Shown here one piece after another: positions 18,773 to 26,895 of a DNA stretch of 64,000 nucleotides. The notes under the pieces are model-generated. The model was not told the DNA's origin and did not search any database. It saw nothing but the letters and a program-made list of their open reading frames with translations. The stretch comes from an uncultured Bacilli bacterium (GTDB lineage Bacteria > Bacillota_I > Bacilli_A > RF39 > UBA660). Position numbers and translations under genes: made by a program. Location: assembly GCA_947588765.1 (NCBI GenBank), contig CANPZG010000002.1, positions 9,794-73,793 on the forward strand, given 5' to 3'. How positions within the stretch are numbered: position 1 is the stretch's first letter; every line of letters starts with the position of its first letter.

Positions 18773-19864
18773 TTATTTAATGCCTTTAGAAATATTTAAA
18801 ATAATGCCAATACTAGCCATACTAACTAGTAAAGATGAGCCACCATAACTAAAGAAAGGAAGGGTTACGCCGGTAACAGGAATAAGGCCAATAACAACTG
18901 CAATATTAAGTAAAGCTTGAATAATTATACCAAAGCCTAGACCAAAAGATAAATACTTAGCAAATAAATTATCCGTTTTTAAACTAATTTTAATGATGCG
19001 ATAGAGAATAAAAGCAAAAAAGGATGTAACAATTAATATGCCAATGAAACCAAATTCTTCCGAGATAATAGAAAAGATAAAATCGGTTTGGGGTTCAGGC
19101 AAATAAAATTGTTTTTGGCGAGATTGAAGAAAACCTTGGCCGAGTAATCCTCCAGGACCAATAGCGTAGAGTGACTGAATAATTTGGTAACCACTACCTA
19201 AAGGATCACTCCACGGATTTAAAAAGGAAATAATTCGCATCATACGATAGGGAGCCATAATAATTAAACCAACAATTCCCATCAAACCGAGTAAACCTAT
19301 TTTAATAAAAAAAGAAAGTTTAACCCCCGAGATAAATATCATGACTACTAAAGTTAGAACAATAACCATAGCTGTACCAAAATCAGGTTCTAGCATTATT
19401 AAGCCAAAGAAGCAAGCAATAACTAAGAGTAAAGGCAAAACTCCTTTTTTAATATCTTTAATAATTCTATTATTACTAGCTAAATATTTTGATACATAAA
19501 TAATTAAACCAACTTTGGCAAATTCACTAGGTTGAATACCTAAACCTCCAATACCAAACCAACTTCTCGAACCATTTCTAATGCTTCCAATTCCTGGGAT
19601 TAAAACAAGAATCAATAAAATTAAACAAATTAATAATATTTTATTAGCGTGTTTTTCATACAAATGATAATCAATCTTACTTAGAAAAAGCATAGCTATA
19701 ACTCCTAGCAAAAAGAAAATACTTTGGGATTTAACAAATTTAAAAGCATCATTATATTTATATACCGCCCAAATACTACTTGCGGAATAAATCATAACTA
19801 TACCAAATATCGCAATAACAATAATAGCTAAAAACAAGTATTTATCGAAATGTTTACCTTTCAT
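18773..19864 (-). CDS. ftsW: SEDS-family peptidoglycan glycosyltransferase (FtsW/RodA)
   Basis: 363 aa polytopic protein. PSEFAK, EPDFGT, PEPQTDFIFS and LPFFSYGGSS motifs. The FtsW versus RodA assignment is uncertain. Confidence 0.85.
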   Translation of the reverse strand: MKGKHFDKYLFLAIIVIAIFGIVMIYSASSIWAVYKYNDAFKFVKSQSIFFLLGVIAMLFLSKIDYHLYEKHANKILLICLILLILVLIPGIGSIRNGSRSWFGIGGLGIQPSEFAKVGLIIYVSKYLASNNRIIKDIKKGVLPLLLVIACFFGLIMLEPDFGTAMVIVLTLVVMIFISGVKLSFFIKIGLLGLMGIVGLIIMAPYRMMRIISFLNPWSDPLGSGYQIIQSLYAIGPGGLLGQGFLQSRQKQFYLPEPQTDFIFSIISEEFGFIGILIVTSFFAFILYRIIKISLKTDNLFAKYLSFGLGFGIIIQALLNIAVVIGLIPVTGVTLPFFSYGGSSLLVSMASIGIILNISKGIK

Positions 19865-19986
19865 AATATCACTAATAAATTTTATTTTTTAATTAAATAA
19901 TTATGAAATATTTGACATAAAATAGTGATTATGTTAATCTAATAGCACAAAGATATTGAACTTAAATTTGGGAAGAAAGGTTATAT

Positions 19987-20607
19987 ATGGATGAACAATT
20001 ATTAAAAATATTAAATGAATTAGAAAAGAAAACTAATCAAAAAGAAAATTTATTAAAAAGCCGTAATAATTTAGAAAATTTTAATTTGGATTTAAATAAA
20101 TCAATTAGAGATTTAGAAAGACAAGTAAGAAAAGAAAAATTGAAATTTTCGAATAAACCAAGTTTAAAATATTATGTGTTAAAAACTTTTGCTATTCTTT
20201 TCTGGGGTATTCTTCTTGGAATAATTTTAAGTTATATTATCCAAGGTTTTATGATTGCTAACTTTTTTTCAATACTATCTAGTTTTATCTTTATGGTTAT
20301 GTTTATTTATGATGGTTTAGCTTATTTTAAAGTTAGTGCTAATCTTGATAAAAAATTTAAAAGTGATAAAGAAGCATCTATAAATGAATATCTAAATAGA
20401 GTTTTAAGTAATATTGAAAATAAAAAAAGACAAATGAATGAAAACGAAAAGGAAATAACTAATATTGATGAAGAAATTGCTGTACTTAATGAGGCAATCC
20501 AAAAGTTAACGAATGAAAAGGATTTAATCGAAACCCCAACTGTTTTAGAACAAACACCTGAAAAACCAATGAAGCGAGTTTTACGAAAGGAACATCACAA
20601 TGACTAA
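19987..20607 (+). CDS. Coiled-coil / TM-hairpin / coiled-coil membrane protein, unknown function
   Basis: 206 aa. Heptad-rich N and C termini flank two hydrophobic helices. Same architecture as 24402..25145 and 34913..35512. Confidence 0.55.
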   Translation: MDEQLLKILNELEKKTNQKENLLKSRNNLENFNLDLNKSIRDLERQVRKEKLKFSNKPSLKYYVLKTFAILFWGILLGIILSYIIQGFMIANFFSILSSFIFMVMFIYDGLAYFKVSANLDKKFKSDKEASINEYLNRVLSNIENKKRQMNENEKEITNIDEEIAVLNEAIQKLTNEKDLIETPTVLEQTPEKPMKRVLRKEHHND

Positions 20608-21790
20608 AAATAAAAAGTATCTTATCATAGGAATAATTACTTTTTTTATTGTTGCATGTTTAATAGCATTATTTATCTATTTTAATAATCGCAATATTCA
20701 AAAAGAAATTAATATTAAATGGAACGATTTAGTTATAAATGCTTATGAAGAAAAACATTTAAGTGATTTAATAAGTGAATCTAATGTTGATTTAAATGAT
20801 GTAGTTCTTGATACTAGTAAACTTGGTAAAAGCGAAATAACTTTTGATTATAAATATCGCAATCATAAATTTACGGATAAAGTAACTTATGAAGTTATTG
20901 ATACGGAAAAACCCCATATTTTTGGTGGTGTTAACAAAACTGTAGAAGTTAACTATGATAAAAATTTATGTGATTTAGTAATTATGATTGATAATTATGA
21001 TAGAAATTTAACTTGTGAGATTGAAGGGGACTATAATTTAAATAAAGTTGGAGTCTATAAAATAAAATTAAATGCAGCTGATGCTTCAGGTAATAAAAAT
21101 AATCATAATTTAACTTTAAATGTTGTTAGTAAAATAAATAATACCCCAAGTAAAAGCCCAAATTTGTTATTTGATGAAGCCAAGGTTAATTATTTAAAAG
21201 ATGGCTATGAAATAGGTATTGATGTTTCTAAATGGCAACAAGATGTAGATTTTAATAAAGTAAAGAATGCTGGAGCCACTTTTGTGATGATGCGTATTGG
21301 TATTCGTTCATCTATCGGTGGGGAAATAAATATGGATTCTTACTTTTTAAGTAATATTAAAAAAGCGAAAGAAGCTGGTTTAAAAGTAGGAGTATATTTA
21401 TATAGTAAAGCAAGTAGTGAAGATGAAGCGATAGAAGAAGCTAAATGGGTTATTAATGCTTTAAATGGGGAAAAGCTAGATTTACCAATTGCTTTTGACT
21501 GGGAAAACTGGAGTAGTTTTAATAGTTTTTATCTAAACTTTCATGATTTAAATAATTTAGCTAAGAGTTTTATTAAAACTGTCAAAGAAAGTGGTTATGA
21601 GGGTATGCTTTATAGCAGTAAATCTTATCTAGAAAACTTTTGGTTTGATGAAGAATTTAAACCAATTTGGTTAGCTCATTATACGAAAGAAACATCTTAT
21701 ACAGATTATACAATGTGGCAATTTTCAAATGTTGGGAAAATTGATGGGATAAATGGCGATGTTGATTTAGATATTTTAAAGATTAGTTAA
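20600..21790 (+). CDS. Membrane-anchored GH25 muramidase (lysozyme)
   Basis: N-terminal TM. C-terminal GIDVSKWQQDVDFNKVKNAGATFVMMRIG...DWE matches the GH25 signature. Confidence 0.85.
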   Translation: MTKNKKYLIIGIITFFIVACLIALFIYFNNRNIQKEINIKWNDLVINAYEEKHLSDLISESNVDLNDVVLDTSKLGKSEITFDYKYRNHKFTDKVTYEVIDTEKPHIFGGVNKTVEVNYDKNLCDLVIMIDNYDRNLTCEIEGDYNLNKVGVYKIKLNAADASGNKNNHNLTLNVVSKINNTPSKSPNLLFDEAKVNYLKDGYEIGIDVSKWQQDVDFNKVKNAGATFVMMRIGIRSSIGGEINMDSYFLSNIKKAKEAGLKVGVYLYSKASSEDEAIEEAKWVINALNGEKLDLPIAFDWENWSSFNSFYLNFHDLNNLAKSFIKTVKESGYEGMLYSSKSYLENFWFDEEFKPIWLAHYTKETSYTDYTMWQFSNVGKIDGINGDVDLDILKIS

Positions 21791-21868
21791 ATTAGCAAAG
21801 AAGGCAAGTTTTTTCTATTATTTTCTAAAAAAGTTTGGTATAATTTTGATATAGGAAGAGGTAATAAT

Positions 21869-22264
21869 ATGGCAATGACAAGAAGTGAATTAAGAGAAAA
21901 GATTATGATTATTTTATACCAAATTGATATTTATCAAGAACAAAAGATTAAATATGATGTGGAAAAAGTAATTAAAGAAAATCTACCGATTGATAATGAA
22001 TTTGTTAAAGATATTGTTTTTGGCGTTATTACCAGTAATGATTCTTTGATTGAAACAGCTAATAAATATATGGTTGATTGGACTATTGATCGTTTAGATA
22101 AAAGTGGCCAAGCAATTTTAAAAATGGCAATTTATGAATTAAATTATACGGATACACCAGAAGTAGTCGTTATTAATGAAGCTGTTGAATTAGCTAAAAA
22201 ATACTGTGATGAAAGTGTAAGAAAAATTATCAATGCTGTTTTAGATAGGATTATTAAAGAATGA
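21869..22264 (+). CDS. nusB: Transcription antitermination factor NusB
   Basis: 131 aa. RSELREKIMIILYQ...AILKMAIYEL...INEAVELAKKY is typical NusB. Confidence 0.9.
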   Translation: MAMTRSELREKIMIILYQIDIYQEQKIKYDVEKVIKENLPIDNEFVKDIVFGVITSNDSLIETANKYMVDWTIDRLDKSGQAILKMAIYELNYTDTPEVVVINEAVELAKKYCDESVRKIINAVLDRIIKE

Positions 22265-23148
22265 ATTTTACGACTTTAGATATTGAAAAAATTATTAAAT
22301 GTGAAAATGCCACTGCTTTAAATTTAAGCCATGGTAATTTTTTTGTTAAACGTGCTGTTGATAATGAGAAAAGAGAAGAGTATGTTTTATCACCTATAGA
22401 ATTAGGGATAAGGGAACTAGCTTATAGTATAATTGCGAAAGACATTGGTCTTGTAGCACCAAATGTTTACTTAGTTAAAAATAATGAAGATATTTTTGTA
22501 GTAACAACTAATTTAAATGATTTAGGTAAATTTAATACTTTAGAGGACTTAGGTTTAAGTAGAGAAGCAAGTTCATCTTTATATGAAATATGGGATTTTT
22601 TAGCTACGAAAAATGGTGAAAAAATAAAAAATGCGCAAGGCGAAATAATGGAAGATTTATTAAAAATATATTTTTTAGATATTTTCTTAAGTTGCTGGGA
22701 TCGCGTAAGTCGTAATATTGGCCTATTAGAAAAAGATAATACTTATCATTTGGTTCCTTTTGATAATGAATATGCTTTTAGTAATTTTATTCATAATATT
22801 TCGAGTGAAATGGAGGGTAGTTCTTGGTTTAATAAAAGAAAAAGTTTAGACCGAATAATGAATAAAAATTATGAAAAATTAAGAAAAGAAGCAATAATTA
22901 CGGATTTAAAAGAATTACTTCGCACATCAAGTAAAGAAACATGGGATATTTTTTATAACTTTTATATGTATTTAACTCCCGAATATATTGAATATACCTT
23001 AACGGAAATTGAAAATAATCATTATCTATATAGTTTAAATGGTAAAGAAAGAATAAAAATACCTGAAAAGGATATTTTTATTCAAAATTATGCGAAAGAT
23101 TATGCTATAATAAAAGAAGCATGGAAAGGACTAAAAAGTGGAAGATAG
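22261..23148 (+). CDS. Hypothetical protein with kinase-like catalytic-loop motif
   Basis: 295 aa. CWDRVSRNIGLL (D-x4-N) followed by PFDNEYAF resembles HipA or PI3/4-kinase-like catalytic and Mg-binding loops. Weak, by eye only. Confidence 0.35.
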   Translation: MNFTTLDIEKIIKCENATALNLSHGNFFVKRAVDNEKREEYVLSPIELGIRELAYSIIAKDIGLVAPNVYLVKNNEDIFVVTTNLNDLGKFNTLEDLGLSREASSSLYEIWDFLATKNGEKIKNAQGEIMEDLLKIYFLDIFLSCWDRVSRNIGLLEKDNTYHLVPFDNEYAFSNFIHNISSEMEGSSWFNKRKSLDRIMNKNYEKLRKEAIITDLKELLRTSSKETWDIFYNFYMYLTPEYIEYTLTEIENNHYLYSLNGKERIKIPEKDIFIQNYAKDYAIIKEAWKGLKSGR

Positions 23149-24409
23149 TAAATATTTAAAAATCAGTGAAATTAATAGCTATATTAAAAGTTTATTAGAC
23201 CATGATGGCTTTTTAAATAAAGTTTATTTAAAGGGAGAAATCAGTAACTTTAAAAATCATACTACGGGTCATTTATATTTTTCCTTAAAAGATGATTCTT
23301 CTCGAATTAATGCTGTCATGTTTTCTCGTGATGCTTTAAATTTAACATTTAAACCTGAAGATGGGATGAATGTTTTAGTAGAAGGTCGCATTAGTGCTTA
23401 TCCGGCTCAAGGTAGCTATCAAGTATATGTTGAAAAAATGGAAGTTGATGGCTTAGGTATTCTTTATATTGAATATGAAAAATTAAAAAAGAGATTGGCA
23501 GCGGAAGGATTATTTAATCCGGAGGCTAAAAAGTCTATTCCCCGGTTCCCTGAAAAGATTGGGGTAGTAACAGCATCAACAGGAGCCGCCGTAAGAGATA
23601 TCATGAGTACTATTAAAAGAAGATATCCTATTTGTGAAGTTATTTTATTTCCTTCTTTAGTCCAAGGCAAAGAGGCTGCACCAAATATTGTAAACCAAAT
23701 TAAAAGAGCTGATGAGTTTGGGGTTGATACCATTATTGTTGGACGCGGTGGTGGTTCTATTGAAGACTTATGGGCTTTTAATGAAGAAATTGTCGCCCGG
23801 GCTATTTATGAATGTAAAACACCTATAATTTCGGCTGTTGGTCATGAAATAGATTGGACTATTGCCGATTTTGTCGCTGACTTACGCGCGCCAACCCCGA
23901 CAGGCGCCGCGGAAATGGCTGTCCCGACAATTTTAGATATTAATAATATTTTAGATAACTTAAAAATTAGGTTAAATAAAAATATTAAAAATATGATTAA
24001 TACTAAATTTATTACTTTAAGAAGTTTAAAAAATAATTTTGTCTTAAAAAATCCACGAGCAATGTATGAAGTAAAAATGCAAAAGTTTTCTTCACTCGTT
24101 GAAAATTTAAGCAATGATTTACAAAAAATATTATTAAAGAAACAAACTGATTTTGAAAAACTAGGGGAATCATATATTTTAAAAAATCCTCTTAGTTTAA
24201 TAGATAATAAAAAAAGTAAATATGATTTATTAGTTAATACTTTAAAATTAGTTAATCCTTTAAATATTTTAGACAAAGGTTATTCTTTAGTTAAAGTAGA
24301 TAATAAGTTAATTAAAAGTAGCAAAGATTTAAAACTTAAAGATGAAATAAATATTAAATTTTCGGAAGGGGAAATAAAAGCAATAGTTAAGGAGATAAAT
24401 AATGGATAA
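23138..24409 (+). CDS. xseA: Exodeoxyribonuclease VII large subunit
   Basis: 423 aa. N-terminal OB fold (VYLKGEISNFKNHTTGHLYFSLKD), GVVTASTGAAVRD and RGGGSIEDLWAFNEE. Confidence 0.95.
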   Translation: MEDSKYLKISEINSYIKSLLDHDGFLNKVYLKGEISNFKNHTTGHLYFSLKDDSSRINAVMFSRDALNLTFKPEDGMNVLVEGRISAYPAQGSYQVYVEKMEVDGLGILYIEYEKLKKRLAAEGLFNPEAKKSIPRFPEKIGVVTASTGAAVRDIMSTIKRRYPICEVILFPSLVQGKEAAPNIVNQIKRADEFGVDTIIVGRGGGSIEDLWAFNEEIVARAIYECKTPIISAVGHEIDWTIADFVADLRAPTPTGAAEMAVPTILDINNILDNLKIRLNKNIKNMINTKFITLRSLKNNFVLKNPRAMYEVKMQKFSSLVENLSNDLQKILLKKQTDFEKLGESYILKNPLSLIDNKKSKYDLLVNTLKLVNPLNILDKGYSLVKVDNKLIKSSKDLKLKDEINIKFSEGEIKAIVKEINNG

Positions 24410-25145
24410 AATACTAAAAGACTTAGAAGAAAAATACAATGTTGTTAAAAGAAAAAGTATGGTACAACTAGAACAAAAAGATTCTTTAGACCAAAAATGG
24501 CAAGAAATAATGGCTAAAATTGATGATAAAGAAGAAGAAATTACTTATGAAGAATTAGGCATAAAACAAAGTAATTATGAAAGTAAAAGAAATTTAAAGC
24601 TAGATGCTAAGAGAAAATTTAAAAAACAAATATTAAAAGATTTAGGAACATTTCTTTTACTTACTGTTATTATTGTAGTAATAACGGCAGTCGTGGGAAT
24701 GGGATTTATTTCTGTATTAAGAGTCTTTGAATTCATTCATAATATTCATTTTTGGGCTTATATAGTTTTACCAATTATTGCAGCTTCTCTTTCTACTTAT
24801 TCTTTAGTTTGTTTAATTCATAGTTCTTATACTTATTATAAAAATGAATTAGCTAATATAGATAAAGATGGAGAAAGAGAACTAACTAGTCCCCATCTAG
24901 AAGAGTTAAATAAAGATTTACAATCTTTAAATAAAGAAAAAAATAATATAATCCGGTTAAAGAAAATTAATCAAGATAATATGGATAAATTAATAATTGA
25001 AAAAAGAAATTTAGAAATATTATATTTAGATTATTTCCATCAAAAAATATTTGCTGAAGAAAGTCTAAATTATTGGTTAAATGAAAATTTTATGGACGAT
25101 AAAATAACTTTAAAAAGAAAATTAAAAGAAGGAGAAGATAAATAA
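24402..25145 (+). CDS. Coiled-coil / TM / coiled-coil membrane protein inserted between xseA and xseB
   Basis: 247 aa. Overlaps the xseA stop by 8 nt, and its stop (TAA, 25143-25145) overlaps the xseB ATG (25145) by 1 nt. Hydrophobic helices at aa about 80-135. Confidence 0.6.
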   Translation: MDKILKDLEEKYNVVKRKSMVQLEQKDSLDQKWQEIMAKIDDKEEEITYEELGIKQSNYESKRNLKLDAKRKFKKQILKDLGTFLLLTVIIVVITAVVGMGFISVLRVFEFIHNIHFWAYIVLPIIAASLSTYSLVCLIHSSYTYYKNELANIDKDGERELTSPHLEELNKDLQSLNKEKNNIIRLKKINQDNMDKLIIEKRNLEILYLDYFHQKIFAEESLNYWLNENFMDDKITLKRKLKEGEDK

Positions 25146-25366
25146 TGGAAAAATCATTTGAAAATGCTTTAAGTGAATTAGAGGCAATAGTTAAAGAATT
25201 AGAAAGTGGTAATGTCGAATTAGATGATGCCATCAATAAATATACGGAAGCTATGCAATTAGTTAAATTTTGTAATGAAAAATTAAATAGTGCGACTAAA
25301 AAAGTTAATGAAATATTAACAATGGATAATGAATTAAAAGAATTTGATGTTGAAAAAGAAAGTTAG
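25145..25366 (+). CDS. xseB: Exodeoxyribonuclease VII small subunit
   Basis: 73 aa. FENALSELEAIVKELESGNVELDDAINKYTEAMQL is typical XseB. Confidence 0.9.
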   Translation: MEKSFENALSELEAIVKELESGNVELDDAINKYTEAMQLVKFCNEKLNSATKKVNEILTMDNELKEFDVEKES

Positions 25367-25373
25367 GTGTCTT

Positions 25374-26783
25374 ATGGAAGTTAAAGAAATAACTAATCGA
25401 GATGTTGATTTTGCGAAATGGTACACGGATGTTTGTAAAAAAGCAGATCTAGTGGATTATTCTTTAGTAAAGGGAAGTATGATTATTCGTCCACTTGGGT
25501 ATGCTATTTGGGAACAAATGCAAAGTGTTTTAGATCAAAAATTTAAAGAAACAGGCCATGAAAATGTGCAAATGCCTATGTTTATTCCTGAATCTTTATT
25601 AAATATTGAAAAAGAACATGTGGAAGGTTTTGCACCAGAAGTAGCTTGGGTTACTTATGGTGGTAAAGAAAAACTAGAAGAAAGAATGTGTGTAAGACCT
25701 ACCAGTGAAACTTTATTCTGTGAACATTTTAAAAAAATAATTCATTCTTATCGGGATTTACCTCTTTTATATAATCAATGGTGTACCATTGTTAGATGGG
25801 AAAAAACAACGAGACCATTTTTAAGAAGTAGAGAAATCCTTTGGCAAGAAGGACATACTATGCACGCAACAAAAGAAGAAGCTAAAGCTGAAACTTTAAG
25901 AATGTTTAATATTTATAAAGACTTTCAAGAAGAATATTTAGCTATGCCAGTTATCACGGGTAAAAAAACCGAAAAAGAAAAATTTGCTGGTGCGGAAGAA
26001 ACATATACTATTGAAGCAATGATGTATGATGGTTATGCTTTACAAAATGGTACTAGTCATTATTTCGGCCAACATTTTGCCAAAACTTTTGGTATTGAAT
26101 TTGTTAATAAAGATAATAAATTAGAAACCCCATATCAAACTAGTTGGGGAGTAACTACTCGTATGATAGGAGGACTTATTATGACTCATGGTGATAACAA
26201 TGGTTTAGTTTTACCTCCTAAAATTGCCCCTTGGAAAGTCATAATTATTCCAATTGGCGATGTTACTGAAAAATTAACAGATATTGAAAAACAACTTAAA
26301 GAAAATAATATTACTTACAAGATTGATAATTCTAATAAAACTCCCGGTTTTAAATTCGCGGAAGCCGAAGTTAAAGGTTATCCAATTCGCCTAGAACTTG
26401 GAGCAAGAGATTTAGAAAATAATGAAGTTACTTTAGTTAGACGTGATACTTTAGAAAAAATAAAAGTTTCATTTGAAGATACTCTTAAAACTATTCAAGA
26501 ATTATTAGTTACAATCCAACAAGATATGTATGATAGAGCTAAGGCAAGAAGAGATTCGATGATTTATGATGTTAATGATTATGAAACTTTAAAAGATTAT
26601 GCTATAAATAAACCTGGATTTATGAAAGTTAATTGGTGTGGTAGTGAAGAATGCGAAAACAAAATAAAAGAAGATACAACTTTAAAAACAAGATGTTTAA
26701 TTGAAAATGAAAAAGTAGATGGTAACTGTATTGTCTGTGGTAAAAAGGCTACTACCAAAGTTTATCTTGGAAAACAATATTAA
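25374..26783 (+). CDS. proS: Prolyl-tRNA synthetase, archaeal/eukaryote-like type
   Basis: DFAKWYTDV..., class II motifs and a C-terminal Zn-type CGSEEC...CIVCG. Start placed at ATG 25374 behind AGGTG; the ORF-track start at 25344 overlaps xseB. Confidence 0.9.
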   Translation: MEVKEITNRDVDFAKWYTDVCKKADLVDYSLVKGSMIIRPLGYAIWEQMQSVLDQKFKETGHENVQMPMFIPESLLNIEKEHVEGFAPEVAWVTYGGKEKLEERMCVRPTSETLFCEHFKKIIHSYRDLPLLYNQWCTIVRWEKTTRPFLRSREILWQEGHTMHATKEEAKAETLRMFNIYKDFQEEYLAMPVITGKKTEKEKFAGAEETYTIEAMMYDGYALQNGTSHYFGQHFAKTFGIEFVNKDNKLETPYQTSWGVTTRMIGGLIMTHGDNNGLVLPPKIAPWKVIIIPIGDVTEKLTDIEKQLKENNITYKIDNSNKTPGFKFAEAEVKGYPIRLELGARDLENNEVTLVRRDTLEKIKVSFEDTLKTIQELLVTIQQDMYDRAKARRDSMIYDVNDYETLKDYAINKPGFMKVNWCGSEECENKIKEDTTLKTRCLIENEKVDGNCIVCGKKATTKVYLGKQY

Positions 26784-26843
26784 GGAACTAGAAATTTTAG
26801 TTCTTTTCTTTTGGTAAACTTTTGTCAAATAAAAACCTCGCTC

Positions 26844-26870
26844 TTGATATATATATATATATAGTATAAT
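26844..26870 (+). promoter_or_regulatory. Candidate sigma-A promoter with (AT)8 tract in spacer
   Basis: TTGATA (26844-26849), a 15-nt spacer made almost entirely of ATATAT..., then TATAAT (26865-26870). Confidence 0.5.
26847..26863. repeat. Dinucleotide microsatellite (AT)8A
   Basis: Direct read: atatatatatatatata at 26847-26863. Confidence 0.95.
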
Positions 26871-26895
26871 GGGCTAAAAAGAGGTGTTTGATAAA

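Noticed and set aside
13528-21790. The holin-like gene (13528..13791) plus the GH25 muramidase (20600..21790) considered as a prophage lysis cassette.
   Set aside because: They are about 7 kb apart, separated by the PBP, mraY and ftsW genes. No capsid, tail, terminase or integrase genes are present, and the muramidase has its own N-terminal membrane anchor.
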